A stretch of 64,000 bases of DNA. It comes from Hormiphora californensis (taxonomy: Eukaryota; Animalia; Ctenophora). Under the pieces are notes generated by a model. It was not told the origin of the DNA. It ran no database searches and saw only the letters and a program-made list of their open reading frames with translations. The stretch covers positions 496,001 to 560,000 of the forward strand of contig CM035350.1 in NCBI GenBank assembly GCA_020137815.1, in the 5' to 3' direction. Shown in pieces: positions 50,216 through 62,698 of this stretch. Within the stretch, counting starts at the first letter, position 1; the number at the start of each line of letters is the position of its first letter. Position numbers and translations under genes: made by a program.

Positions 50216-52560
50216 GGCAATTTCTCATTTGCCGCATACGTCGCACCGCCGTCTAGACGGTGTCTAGACGGTATACCGTCTGGACGGGTTTCGATGAAAT
50301 CAGCTATAAACGGTACCGAAATTGCTTGAGACGGGTTATAGACGGTATCAGACGGTCTCTAGACGGGTTATAGACGGTATCAGACGGTGTTGCGACGGTA
50401 TCAGACGGTCTCTAGACGGTACCGTCCCGGTGTCTAGACGGTGTCTGGACGGTCTCTAGACGGTATCCGTCCGAAGTTGAGACGGCACGTCTGAAAATTG
50501 TACCAGACGTTGAGACGGACTTTTAGAACTCCGTCTGTATTTCAGACGGAGTTTTAAAAGTACGTTTAAACGCAGTCTAAAGGAAAATCGATGAAAGTAC
50601 CGTCTAAACAACGTCTCAACTGAAACCCGGTCAACATACCGTCTCGCGATTCAGTTTCAAATACTGTCTAGACAACGTCTTAAGCGAATCCGATACAGAT
50701 ACCGTCTAAACAACGTCTCAATACCGACCACTGCACTATCTATCACTTATAGTATCAGCCATAGACAGTATCTCACAGTTGTATTACAATGTGATAGCTG
50801 GATGTAAGAGTGAATGTGGAGATACCAAAACAGAATCAAACTTCGCGCCTTACATTGCTGTTTCTTCTTACATTCAAACAAACTGTTTTGGTATCTCCAC
50901 ATTCACTCTTACATCCAGCTATCGCGTTGTAATACAACTGTGAGATACTCACGGCGTGCCTGGTGAAATTTTAACACGACCTAGCATGCGACGGGAAACC
51001 ACCACTTGTACGTGGTAGCTGAGGGTCTACAGAATGGCGCTACGGTGCGGGATAAAAAAATCCATTCCCTAAAATCTTTTTTTTACTTTTATTTGATTTG
51101 GGTCAAAATTGGCTATATTAAACGTGGTCCCGAAAAATCCATAATGACTTAGCACACAAAATATGTCACCCCTACCTATTTTTGCACGTAAAATCGATTG
51201 CCGTTGAAGTCGAATCTCTAAAATGACTGTAAAATGGTCAAAAGTTGATTTTTTACCATTTTTTGGAGGTTTTTGGCCCCTAAAACCATTGAAAACGTTG
51301 AGATAGGAATTTGAAACTAGTGCCAATCGTTAAAATGGTCATTTTTCTACCAAGAACCAAGTTTTCGTGTATATCCGATTTATGGTTAGATTTGGCAAAT
51401 TGTTGAAATCTGCCAACTAGGAGAACCGAACTTGATTTTCTTGTTTTTTGGATTTTGGCATTTTTGACAAACTTCTGATTGAAATGGTCAATCGGGACCA
51501 TGCTTAAGTTGTTTATGGGACAATTTTCGACTAAAATCCAAGATTTCATACCAATCCAATAACAGATCGTTGATTTATAGAAAATTTAAGTAGGCAAAAC
51601 GGTCAAAATAACAACTTTTCTTGCTTATTTTTTAAAAAATCAACTTTTGACCATTTTACAGTCATTTTAGAGATTCGACTTCAACGGCAATCGATTCTAC
51701 GTGCAAAAATAGGTAGGGGTGACATATTTCGTGTGCTAAGTCATTATGGATTTTTCGGGACCACGTTTAATATAGCCAATTTTGACCCAAATCAAATAAA
51801 AGTAAAAAAAAAGATTTTAGGGAATGGATTTTTTTATCCCGCACCGTAGCACCATTCTGTAGACCCTCAGCTACCACGTACAAGTGGTGGTTTCCCGTTG
51901 CATGCTAGGTCGTGTTAAAATTTCACCAGGCACGCCGTGATACTGTCTATGGCTGATACTATAAGTGATAGATAGTGTCGGTATTGAGACATTGTTTAGA
52001 CGGTATCTGTATCGGATACGCTTAAGACGTTGTCTAGACGTTGTTTAGACGGTATTCGTATCGAAATTGCTGGAGAAGTTGTCTAGACAGTATTTGAAAC
52101 TGAATCGCGAGATTCTGTTTAGACGGTATGTTGACCGGTTTCAGTTGAGACGTTGTTTAGACGGTACTTTCATCGATTTTCCTTTAGACTGCGTTTAAAC
52201 GTACTTTTAAAACTCCGTCTGAAATACAGACGGAGTTCTAAAAGTCCGTCTCAACGTCTGGTACAATTTTCAGACGTGCCGTCTCAACTTCGGACGGATA
52301 CCGTCTAGAGACCGTCCAGACACCGTCTAGACACCGGGACGGTACCGTCTAGAGACCGCTGATACCGTCGCAACACCGTCTGATACCATCTATAACCGTC
52401 TAGAGACCGTCTGATACCGTCTATAACCCGTCTCAAGCAATTTCGGTACCGTTTTTAGCTGATTTCATCGAAACCCGTCCAGACGGTATACCGTCTAGAC
52501 ACCGTCTAGACGGCGGTGCGACGCCGTCTAGACGCCGTATGTGGCAAATGAGAAATTGCC
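50216..52560. mobile_element. Foldback element of TAGACGG units, 9-bp TSD (MULE/Merlin-like)
   Basis: TIR GGCAATTTCTCATTTGCC; TSD CACCAACAG. Confidence 0.88.
50950..51939. mobile_element. Transib-like foldback MITE nested in the previous element
   Basis: CACGGCGTG...CACGCCGTG termini; 5-bp TSD ATACT; ~300-bp arms. Confidence 0.75.
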
Positions 52561-52891
52561 CACCAACAGTGCTGCGGCGCTATAGCCTTCTGAAATCCGG
52601 TTTTTCAGCCAAACACCCATAAAACGTATAACTACGTTTCTGGCAGCGCTTTTTTCGGGGGGGGGGGGGGGGGGGGGGTTGCCAGCGCAGTGACTTTTTT
52701 TACACTCCATACCAATTTTTAGAGCAATTGGTACATCAGGGGCCTCGCTAAGGGCCTCTAAAAATGCCATTTTTGGCTAAAAACTGATAAAATACTGCGT
52801 TCTGGCACGTGCGGCTTGAAGAAAGCGTTTGTCAGCGCAAAGTACAGTTGCAATGGATTCGAAACTCTTTGTTATTATCACTCTCTTTTAG

Positions 52892-53007
52892 GGTCTGGCA
52901 CCTGCCGAAGATGTCACAAAAGGAACTGTTGTCTACAGAAAAGGAATTGCCTTTGACTTTTGGGTACAAAGCAACATTCGTGAATTAAAAGAAGAACTTG
53001 TTAACAG
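52892..53007 (+). CDS. PDI-like exon 6; later exons not located
   Basis: GLAPAEDVTKGTVVYRKGIAFDFWVQSNIRELKEELVN, comparable to IFRKG..YDY of ERp72; TTTTAG / GTATTA. Confidence 0.7.
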
Positions 53008-55178
53008 GTATTATTGATTAAACCATCCCATTTTCCCCTGCCCGGGTGTGTGTGTGTGTGTTTTTGCACCGCCCGTAATTCCACCCACTTGCTACCCATG
53101 GTTTTTTGATATCGTATCTGATTTATGGATTATACGGCTCAGCCATGAGTATTGACCTGTTTTTGACCGCTGAATACGATTATGAGCTCCATCAGAACCT
53201 CTCAGACCCTTCTAAATACCCTCAGAGCCCACTATATAGCCCTCAGAATCGACTTGATACCTCTCCGACCCTCCTAGATACCCCTAAAGACCGCTATATA
53301 GCCCTCAGAATCGACTAGATACCCCTCTGACCCTTCTAAATACCCTCAAAGACCGCTATATACCCCTAATAATATACAAAATGCCACTCAGACCGTGCCA
53401 GATACCCCTCAGACCCTACTAGATACCTCCATTATCTATGATAGCCAAGAGTCGGCTACAAGATACCACTCAGACTTTACTAGATACCCCTCCGACCCTT
53501 CTTATCTAGATACCATTAGAGCCCGCTAGATATCCCTCTGAATGCCACTGAGACTCAACTGGATATCCCTCAGACCGACTGCACTAAATACCCCCAAGAC
53601 CCTTCTAGACACGCCTTAGACCGAATCTTTGCTCTGGAAGTATCGAGTAAAGTCTGAGGGGTATCTAGCACGGTCTGAGTGGCATCTAGTATATTATTAG
53701 GGGTATATAGCGGTCTTTGAGGGTATCTAGAAGGGTCGGAGGGGTATCTAGTCGATTCTGAGGGCTATATAACGGTCTTTGGGGGTGTCTAGAAGGGTCG
53801 GAGAGGTATTAAATCTATTCTTAGGGCTATATAGTGGGCTCTGGTGGTATTTAGAAGGGTCTAAGAGGTATCTAAGAGGTTCTGATGGGGTTTTATGAAA
53901 GTTTAAGGGGGTATTCAAGTTGAATTTAGGGTGTATCTAGTAAGATAAGATCTGGTCAATGTACCCAATTAGGCCCAATTATGTTAAATTAAGACATTTT
54001 CACACCTCTGAGTTCCATTATATGCTCATAATCGTATTCAGCGGTCAAAAACAGGTCATTATTCATGGCTGAGCCGTATAAATCGCATAATATCAAAGAT
54101 ACGGCTATGCGCACATCTAATTATCCAATTATTCAATTAACTAATTGAGATAGGAACTTTTCATGGGTGTCTACCCCCACTAATGCGAGGACGCTACACA
54201 TTTTAATGTCCTTAAATTTGTCTCTACCCCTTTCCTAAGGAAAGTTACGTTTTTGGAATTAGGCTGAAAATACTGGTGCCGCGCCCACCCGGAAATGAGG
54301 GTGTTCCTCACCTCCGATCGGCTGGAACTTATTTTTGGTTATTCACAAGACCCATTAGGGTCACTTAGTGAAGAAATTAGCTTGTAAAGAATTTTGCCAC
54401 TAATTTGCCGTTTATTTGGCTATTTTGCCCTAACTAAATATTGCAAAAGGTATGAGAGAGGCGAGGTGGTTTGGAAGCCAGTAGTGGGTTTTACGCAAAG
54501 GATACGCAAGAAAATACGCAAATTGCGTATCCCTTGCGTATTTTCTGCGTATTTCTTGCGTGTTCTTTGCGTAATCCTTGCGTAATCCCTGCGTAACCCT
54601 TGTGTGTTCCTTGCGTATTACTTGTGTATTACTTGCGTAATCCCTGCGTATCCCTCGTATTCTATGCGGAACCATAGCGTATTCCTTGCGTATTACTTGC
54701 GTAATCCTTGTGTATACCTTGCGTTTTCCTTGCGTAATCCTTGCGTATTCCTTACGATTTTTAGAAAATGGATACAATAATTCGTGAAATAATTGAAAAA
54801 ATGATTACTGAAAATGCCCGATTTCTGGCCATTTTTTTAAACAAATAATTGGGTTTGGCCAGAATTTTGCACCGAACCGAACCACCGAAAAACACCGAAT
54901 CACCGAACCGAATCGAATATTCGGTCGCTTCCTGATTTTCAGGGACGCTCGATGGGAGGGGAAGGGCTTTGCCAATTAAATCGGGGTGCCCGGTGTATCT
55001 AATCAAATCTGCGCTGGAGATAGGATAACTCATAGAGACGGGCATAAACTAGTCAAAGTTGCCTGTTGCCCCGTAAAACCAAATTGCCCCAGTCTATCAT
55101 TATCATACATCATCCCAGTAAATCAGGGTTCGGGTTAATTGGGGGCCGGTAAATCAGAGTCCGACTTGAAAAACTAAC

Positions 55179-55261
55179 CTTGTTCTCTGTCACGTTTATC
55201 GCTTGGAAAGCAATGTAGATAATTTCTTTTTCATCTGATCCCATATATTGTCCTTGTACAC
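55179..55261 (-). CDS. Isolated exon of an unidentified minus-strand gene
   Basis: TCCTCAG acceptor, GTTAGT donor; open GVQGQYMGSDEKEIIYIAFQAINVTENK in a unique island between repeats. Confidence 0.5.
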
Positions 55262-55409
55262 CTGAGGAGAAACGCATTGGTAATAATACTTAAGTAATCA
55301 CTTTCCGAAATCTTTGAGGCGCTACAGTCGAACTGCAACGGCTGGCGGATTTGAATTATAGCAGACTCTAGGTCTAAAAGTATACTCTGAAATTACTATT
55401 ACTCTATTA

Positions 55410-55676
55410 GGGGCGATTCAAAAAGGACGTCCAGGGGTAGGGGGAGGGGGGGGGAGGTAGCCGATTTCGGAAATCTCTGGAAAAGGGGGGAGGGGGGTTG
55501 ACGCAATTCGGAATGTCCCAGGTTTTGAAGAAACATTTTACTGATTTACTAGATATAAGTGGACGAAACTCGGACAGGGGGAGGGAGGGTGTCTGGCAGA
55601 CTCGGACAGGCCTGGACAGGGAGGGAGGGGGGTAAAAAATGACCAAAAATCACGGACGTCCTTTTTGAATCGCCCC
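55410..55676. mobile_element. PIF/Harbinger-type MITE
   Basis: TTA|GGGGCGATTCAAAAAGGACGTCC...GAATCGCCCC|TTA; partial copy ~46930-47035. Confidence 0.85.
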
Positions 55677-56274
55677 TTAGACTGTCAAAATGTGGAGACA
55701 TAGACTTGGTAAACATTGAGCCGGGAGCCCGCTAGTATAATAGTCTGGGGATCAAAAATTAATTAATCCGGATTCTTTGCCGTAAAACCAAAGCTAACCC
55801 AAAACCTTACTCTAAACCTAACCCTAGTAGTTAATCCTAGACTACCGTAGTCTGCAGCTCGGGCACGGACTCGTTAAGGGTTGCTCAGCGTGTACGAAAA
55901 ATGAGCTGGTCATTAACAGCATAACAGTAACAGCTAGATAATTGGGTAAAGGCAAAAGCGTCAAAACACCGATAATGCCTTGGTGTAGGCATTATCGGTA
56001 TTTTGACGCTTTTGCCTTTACCCAATTATCTATACTGTGGAGATTGTTCTAACGTGATCCTGAGGGCAATATGAGTATGACACCGATAATGCCTTCAATC
56101 GGTACCCGATTAGACATGAGAGCAACTCTAATCGGTGTAAGCTCTCATGTCTCGTTCAATATGCTAATCGGTTGCCAGTCTCGGATACGTGATAGAGGCG
56201 GTTCATCTAACGGCTTGTTGCAACGATTAGAGGAGATCTCATGTCTCATTCAGTATGCTAATCGGTTCGATATA

Positions 56275-56799
56275 GGTTTCGCTGCTTTCCTAGCAGGTAC
56301 CTTACTTACTCTATATTCGCGAACCTAAAATTAAGAATATGGCCAAAAAATATTCTTAATTCTCTTATTCTTAATTTTAGAGTTCCTTATTTTTCTACAA
56401 TCTTAATTTTGTGGGGACTTAATTTATATTAATTAGCAATAAAAATTTAAGGGAAAGTCAGAAAGATTAGTATTATACAACTTCTTCTACTCTGATAAGG
56501 GAAAGCGTATCATGGAGAGTGGCTGGAGAGCAGCTGGCATCATTGATGCGTTGAAGAGTGCACGTAGTGACAGTGTTGTAAATGATTCGGTTGACCCCTT
56601 TGCTTCAATGGCAATTTGAAACAAGTATAGATATATTCTTCGCTAGAAAATTTATTCTTAATTTTGTTATTCTTAATTTTAGGAGCGATAATTTACGCCA
56701 CAGTTCCTCCCAATCTGGTTTCTCTACCATGATGACCATTAATCTGCAAGAAACGACCGAGATGCGCCTACATCTACCTGCTAGGAAAGCGGCGAAACC
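56275..56799 (+). mobile_element. pogo-type deletion derivative retaining the transposase C-terminus (56473-56619)
   Basis: TA-flanked TIR GGTTTCGC.GCTTTCCTAGCAGGTA; LYNFFYSDKGKRIMESGWRAAGIIDAL...DPF. Confidence 0.7.
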
Positions 56800-57857
56800 T
56801 ATTATTATTAATATTTCCACGGAGAGAGAGAAAGAGAAAGTAAAATAAAGAAAGAGAGACAGACAGAGCGACACAGAGAGGGGGATAGGGTCATAGGGAA
56901 GGAAAGCAATAGAACCCTTCCCCGAATCGTGTCTCATATATCGTCTAACACTTTTGATAGGCTTCCCCGAATCATGTTCTATATCTCGTATCGTCTCACA
57001 CTGCTAATAAGCTTCCCCGAATCACATGGTTCATATCCCGTATTGTCTCCCACTGCTAATAAGGCGTCCCAGAATTGTATCACATGTCCATGTAAAGGCA
57101 AAACTGTCAACATCTGGGGTAAACCGCAGTTTTGCCTTCGATATATTTATCGAAGGCAAAACTGCAGTTTATCCGAGGTGTTGACAGTTTTGCCTTGGGT
57201 CAGTTTTGCCTTTCCTTTGATTGTAATTAGGTAATTTAGAGTGAAGGCAAAACTGACCGAAGGCATTATCGTACGTAATCATTCAGTGGCCTCTGGTGTC
57301 CTCTGGGGGCGTTTCATGGGACTCTAGAGAACTCAAGTCGCTTCGTGGAGCCTTGTATGATTATCTTGGGTCTCAAGAGCCCTTTCTGGGATTCTAAGGG
57401 ACTTTATTCGACTCTAGTGGTCTCGTCACTCGTGGAGCCTTCTAGGGGCCTTTAGGTGACTTTAGTGGCTCCTTTAGGGTCTTTAGGGGTCTCCAGAGGG
57501 TTTCTGGCATCATTTTATATGGCCCCAATTTACAGGGCGCCAAAAATTAGCGCCAAAAATTAGCGCTAAAAATTGGTACCAGAACCAATATCTATGACCA
57601 TGTGGCGATTGAGTTTTTTTTCAAATTTCAAAAATTGGCGCCACGTCCTGAGATTAGCACCACGCCCTGCCGCCGGTTCCTCCTAAGATAACGACTTGAT
57701 CTTGGTTGCGTTGGATTGGTCTTTAAATTAAAGACCTTTCCAACGCTACCAAAACGATTTCTGTATCTCATCAGGATCCAGAGATATGACAGTATCAATT
57801 CTCAAATTGCACCACTCGTTTATCAGTAGACCCCCTATTTCGTTATTATGTTCTAAC

Positions 57858-58423
57858 GGGGGGTAATCATGGTGACAAATGGTGACATATGGTGACAAAT
57901 GGTGATGGTGATACGACCAAAATTTTGAGATGAGTCACCATTTGTCACCATTCTCTCTGGAGCTTCCTACACGCATAATATGATGTTATGGGACATAATA
58001 TGATGTTATGGGACACTGGGGGACACTTCTACCAAGTTTCAAGTCGATTGGATGTAATTAAGGGGTCACAGGTGGTTAATTGCGCTTTTATGTGTTGTGC
58101 GAGGGAGGTACACCCTCAACGTGACTTTCAGGAAGTTTTAGCGGTCCAAAACACTACTACCCGATCCGGAATGGCCATGTTAACAACTTATCAACAAATA
58201 TATCGGTCTAAAGAAATTAAAAAATTTTATCAAATTTCTTTAAAAATTTTAAAGAAATTCTGCCGAAATCCGCATATTTCGTCAAAAAATGGAGACAAAT
58301 GGAGAAAAATGGTGACAAATGGAGATAAATGGTGACAAATGGTGATGGTGACATACCCTAAATGGTCAGATGAGTCACCATTTGTCACCATTTGTTACCA
58401 TTTGTCACCATGATAACCCCCCC
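57858..58423. mobile_element. MITE with ATGGTGACAA subrepeats, 8-bp TSD
   Basis: GTTCTAAC direct repeat; GGGGGGTAATCATGGTGACAAATGG TIR. Confidence 0.8.
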
Positions 58424-58574
58424 GTTCTAACCCTTCTTTGCATTTGTAAAGAAGGGTTATGTGTTTTTGTACACTTTTGGTCACGTGATCAGCTTGTGTA
58501 CGTTATCAGTTATCACTGATCAGCTCTCTCTGTCTCACTCGGTAGGCGGACTCTAGTGCTACACTCTAAGTCTA

Positions 58575-59400
58575 CAGGGTGTCCCACTGTCTTTGCGTGA
58601 CCTGCGATTTTGGATTATGACCGGGCTCCATTTAATTAATCAAAACTCATCAAAAAATAGGTCAAAATGGTTCTAACAATAACCAGTGTTCTAGAGAATT
58701 GTCACTTGTCAGGCGAACACTTTGGTTGCAAGATTGACGTTCCAAGTCTTACCAATCGTCAGATATACATATCGTCGTAAAGTCAAAAATACGTGTTCAT
58801 GAAATCCGACCGGGGTTCACGTTTTGAAAAATTCACAAATGCAAAGTTGCTCGGATCACATTGCATCCCACATAAGAGTTGTAGGAAATTGTCTGGCGGT
58901 CATTTTGGTACCCGGCATTTTGTCCTAGCTCAGTATTTAGAGTGTCTTATGACTGTCTAAAGACGAAATTCGACCAACATTTTTGAGGGGATCACATGTC
59001 ATCAACAAATGGGTAAAATGATTTGAAATTTATAAGAGCTTGATTGGAATCGTCTAATGTTCATTTTGACACCATCATTTTTTCTTAGCTCTACGTTTTA
59101 GTTGCGTTATGACTGTATGAACATAGAGATTTTTCTATGCTGAGTCTTAGTTGGTATCGGCTCACAACCCCTAATTAGGTGACTTGGTGTCATGTGTAAT
59201 CCCCTGATAATTATCACATATCGTCTCAATTTCATCTAGACACTTGACAGGGTTGTTATGACGATTTGGCAAGGCCCCTAATGTGCAATGTGTAGGACAC
59301 GCAAGTGGTCTATCCCAACCCTATCATACACTGAGTCTCAGTTCTTCTTAGTTGTTAGTACAATCTATCTCTCTCTCTTATATCTCTCTCTCTCTCTCTA

Positions 59401-59480
<80 letters not shown>

Positions 59481-60569
59481 CCTCTTCAGTCTCCTCAGTT
59501 GATGACACAATCTTTCTCTAAGTTGTTAGTACAATCTCTCTCTCTCTATTGCCTCTTTTTTTTCTTTTTTTTGAGACCTCCCTGTGCTAAATCTCTATTG
59601 CCTCTTCTCTCGGGCCTATCACTATATTGCTACTGCTCCTATAGTCCCCAACCCTCCCTTGTATTGCAAGACCCAGTATGGACAGAGGATCGTGACACCT
59701 TCAGACCGGGGGATCATGATAGAACACGAGGCACACTACGTCAATCATCCAAACCACTCTCGCAGCTCTATCTTCCATGGTAAACAACACGCCGCATCTC
59801 TTCTGTTTGTTATCTTTTTTAAGCTAGATATACATATGTTCGCCTTCTTTGTGTTATCTTTTCTCAGCTAGATATATGTAAGCCCTTCACCCTTTGTCCC
59901 ATCTATAATGTTCTACCGACAGTACAACATTAATTGTTGTTGTACGAGGGTAGCTTGGTGGCGCAGTCACACCTCTAGGCTCTAGGGCCACGCACGGGAG
60001 TTGTAGGGGTGACTGCGTCACGAAGAGGGTAGCATAATCATGATAATTTGCCAGTCCGGGACAGTCCCAATTTTAGCAGTGCATGTATTGGGGACCCCAG
60101 TGACTGAGATGTTATTCAAGTAGCAATGAGCTTTATAACTATGCAAAAAGAAATGCGATACGTGAGACAACTTTTGGAAAAATCCCAGTTCTGACAGTCA
60201 ATAAGACACTGTAAACATTGAGCTAGGACAAAAACCAGGGTACCAAAATGACCGCCAGACAATTTCCTACAACTCTTATAATATGAGGGATGCAATGTGA
60301 TCCGAGCAACTTTGCATTTGTGAATTTTTCAAAACGTGAACCCCGGTCGGATTTCATGAACACGTATTTTTGACTTTAAGACGATATATCTGACGATTGG
60401 TAAGACATGGAACGTCAATCTTGCAACCAAAGTGTTCACCTGACAATTCTCTAGAACACTGGTTATTGTTAGAACCATTTGACCTATTTTTCGATGAGTT
60501 TTGATTAATTTAATGGAGCCCGGTCTTGACCCGAAATCGCAGGTCACGCAAAGACAGTGGGACACCCTG
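58575..60569. mobile_element. Tc1/mariner-type non-autonomous element
   Basis: TA|CAGGGTGTCCCACTGTC...GACAGTGGGACACCCTG|TA; removal restores host AAGTCTACAGTGGACTC. Confidence 0.88.
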
Positions 60570-61159
60570 TACAGTGGACTCTATATCTAAATTTAGATTT
60601 AGATAAAGAGTCCAAATAAATCTAAACTCTAGGAGGACTCTATGTCTAAAAAGTCTACACAGGGCGGACTCTTTATCTAAAAAGTCTACAAAGGGCAGGC
60701 TCTATATCTACATAAATCTACATAAATCTACATTAGACATAGAGTCCGCCATTCTCAGCGAATTCGAGATTTCGGCCGTCAGGCCGGAAACGAGAGTTTG
60801 CTGTACCTCTATACTAATTTAGAAGTGTTAGGGCCATTATTTGGGGTCGAGGCTAGGGTTAGGGTGATGGTTAGGGATAGGTTTTGGGTCCAATGGACTC
60901 ACCTTCTCCCCAGGATTGCTAACTCCTTCAAACCCCGTCCTGCTGGCATCTCCATCAAACCTAGATCTCCCAAACCTGTTTCCTAATTCTCTTCAGCTCG
61001 GATCACTTCTTCTCCCTTCCCGTGGATCACCTCCCCCATCCCCTCCTCTCGGATCGCATCTTCCTTCTCGGATCTCATCCCTTCCTCTCTCTCCTCCCCT
61101 CCCCGGATCCCATATATCCTCTTCTCCACTACATAAACACTTTCATTTCCATTGTTGTT

Positions 61160-61201
61160 ATAGCTGAAGACGTCTGACATAGATCAGTCGAAAGCTCCTG
61201 T
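61160..61201 (+). ncRNA. Penelope-type minimal type I hammerhead ribozyme in a pyrimidine-rich insert (~60890-61215)
   Basis: AUAG-CUGAAGA-C-GUCUGA-loop-UCAGUC-GAAA-GC-UC-CUGU; palindromic AGCU stem III. Confidence 0.6.
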
Positions 61202-61829
61202 TCTTAATTGAATACTAGTACAGTCGGACCCCGATTTAGGGCCCCCCGATTTAGTGGCACCCCGATTTAGGGACAGGATTTTTTTCCCCCGATATAGGAA
61301 ATTAACCTTATTTGACCCCGATTTAGTGGACACCCCGATTTAGTGGACAAGAGCCTTTCCCCCGAGGGTGTCCCTAAATCGGGGTCCGACGCGACTGTAC
61401 TGCAAAATCGTTGTTTCTCTTTAATAGAGTCCGGGTTGGGGATTTGGCGCCAAAATGTACCAGGGGACTCTATGTCTAAAAAGTCTACACAGGGCGGACT
61501 CTATGTCTTAAAAGTCTACACAGGGCGGGCTCTTTATCTAAAATTTTTTCAAAGTATAACTGTAGATAAAGAGTCCGCTTTTAGATATAGAGTCCGCCTT
61601 GAATTTAGATAAAGAGTCCGTTAGCACTAGACTCTAGAGTCCGCCTACCGTCCACTCAAAGTGAGAGACAGTAATTAGAGTGCATGGGAGAGCGCAGTAT
61701 ACCCTTTTCAGCACTCATCACACGCACTTCAGCTCCCACGATGCAGTACACGGAATAGGTCTGTATACAAATAAGATAGAATCTGTTTCGCGGGCGGGGC
61801 GCACGAAACAGAGTCTAGCTAGGCAACTA

Positions 61830-62231
61830 AAGTGTAAGCGAAACTAAAACGAACCCCCTGCGCAGCTCAAATTGAACGTTTTTGGTCACAACTCCGTCAA
61901 TTCTTGACCAAATCGCATAAATTTGGGCTCGTTGGAAAGCCCTGAATGTCCTCTTGCCAATGAATTCAAGTTTGTGTAATTTGGTTAAGAATTGCGTAGT
62001 TATGACCCAAAACGTGCCAAACAGTGCTGAAAAAGTACATTGGGTGATTTTAGGTCATAACTCGGTCAATTCTTGACCAAATAACACGAACTTGGATTCA
62101 TTGGCAAGAGGACATTCAGGGCTTTCCAACGAGCTCAAATCTATGCGATTTGATCAAGAATTGACGGAGTTATAACCAAAAACGTTCAATTTGAGCCGCG
62201 CAGGGGGTTCGTTTTAGTTTCGCTTACACTT
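61830..62231. mobile_element. TA-flanked foldback MITE
   Basis: AAGTGTAAGCGAAACTAAAACGAACCCCCTGCG inverted arms. Confidence 0.8.
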
Positions 62232-62698
62232 TATTTCGCATATAAATTTCTAGACGACAAAAAGTCCTGAAAAAATGCTTAAAATTAATGATAAATCAAA
62301 AAAATACGATAGAAGAAAAGTTTTAGGTATCTTGTCAACTTTTAACGGCGAGCCATGCAACGAGCTCAATTTTCCTACACGATGGGTTCATTACGCGATG
62401 TGGTACAGCCCTTAACGAGCTCATCAACCATTTCCAAAAGGCGTGTGCAGCTTCGTGACCATTTTTAGCTCCTTTTCCAGCTGTTTTGAGATTGAGTTGA
62501 TCAACGACAAAAACGGGTCCGTTATGGGCTTATTTGACCAACTAAGCTCTTCACGTACGTTCGTACAGCCGATTACGAGCGCCCTCGAGCACACGGCTCG
62601 GGGACGGACTCGTTAAGGGATGCACCACATCGTGTAATGAACTCAGCGTGTAGGAAAAATGAGCTCGTTGCGCGGCTCAACATTCTCATAAAACGCCG

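Larger units (their letters stand above)
58541..61649. mobile_element. TTAGGG-bearing MITE expanded by three nested insertions
   Basis: TIR GGTAGGCGGACTCTAG; near-TSD GTCTCACTC/GTCCACTC. Confidence 0.78.
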
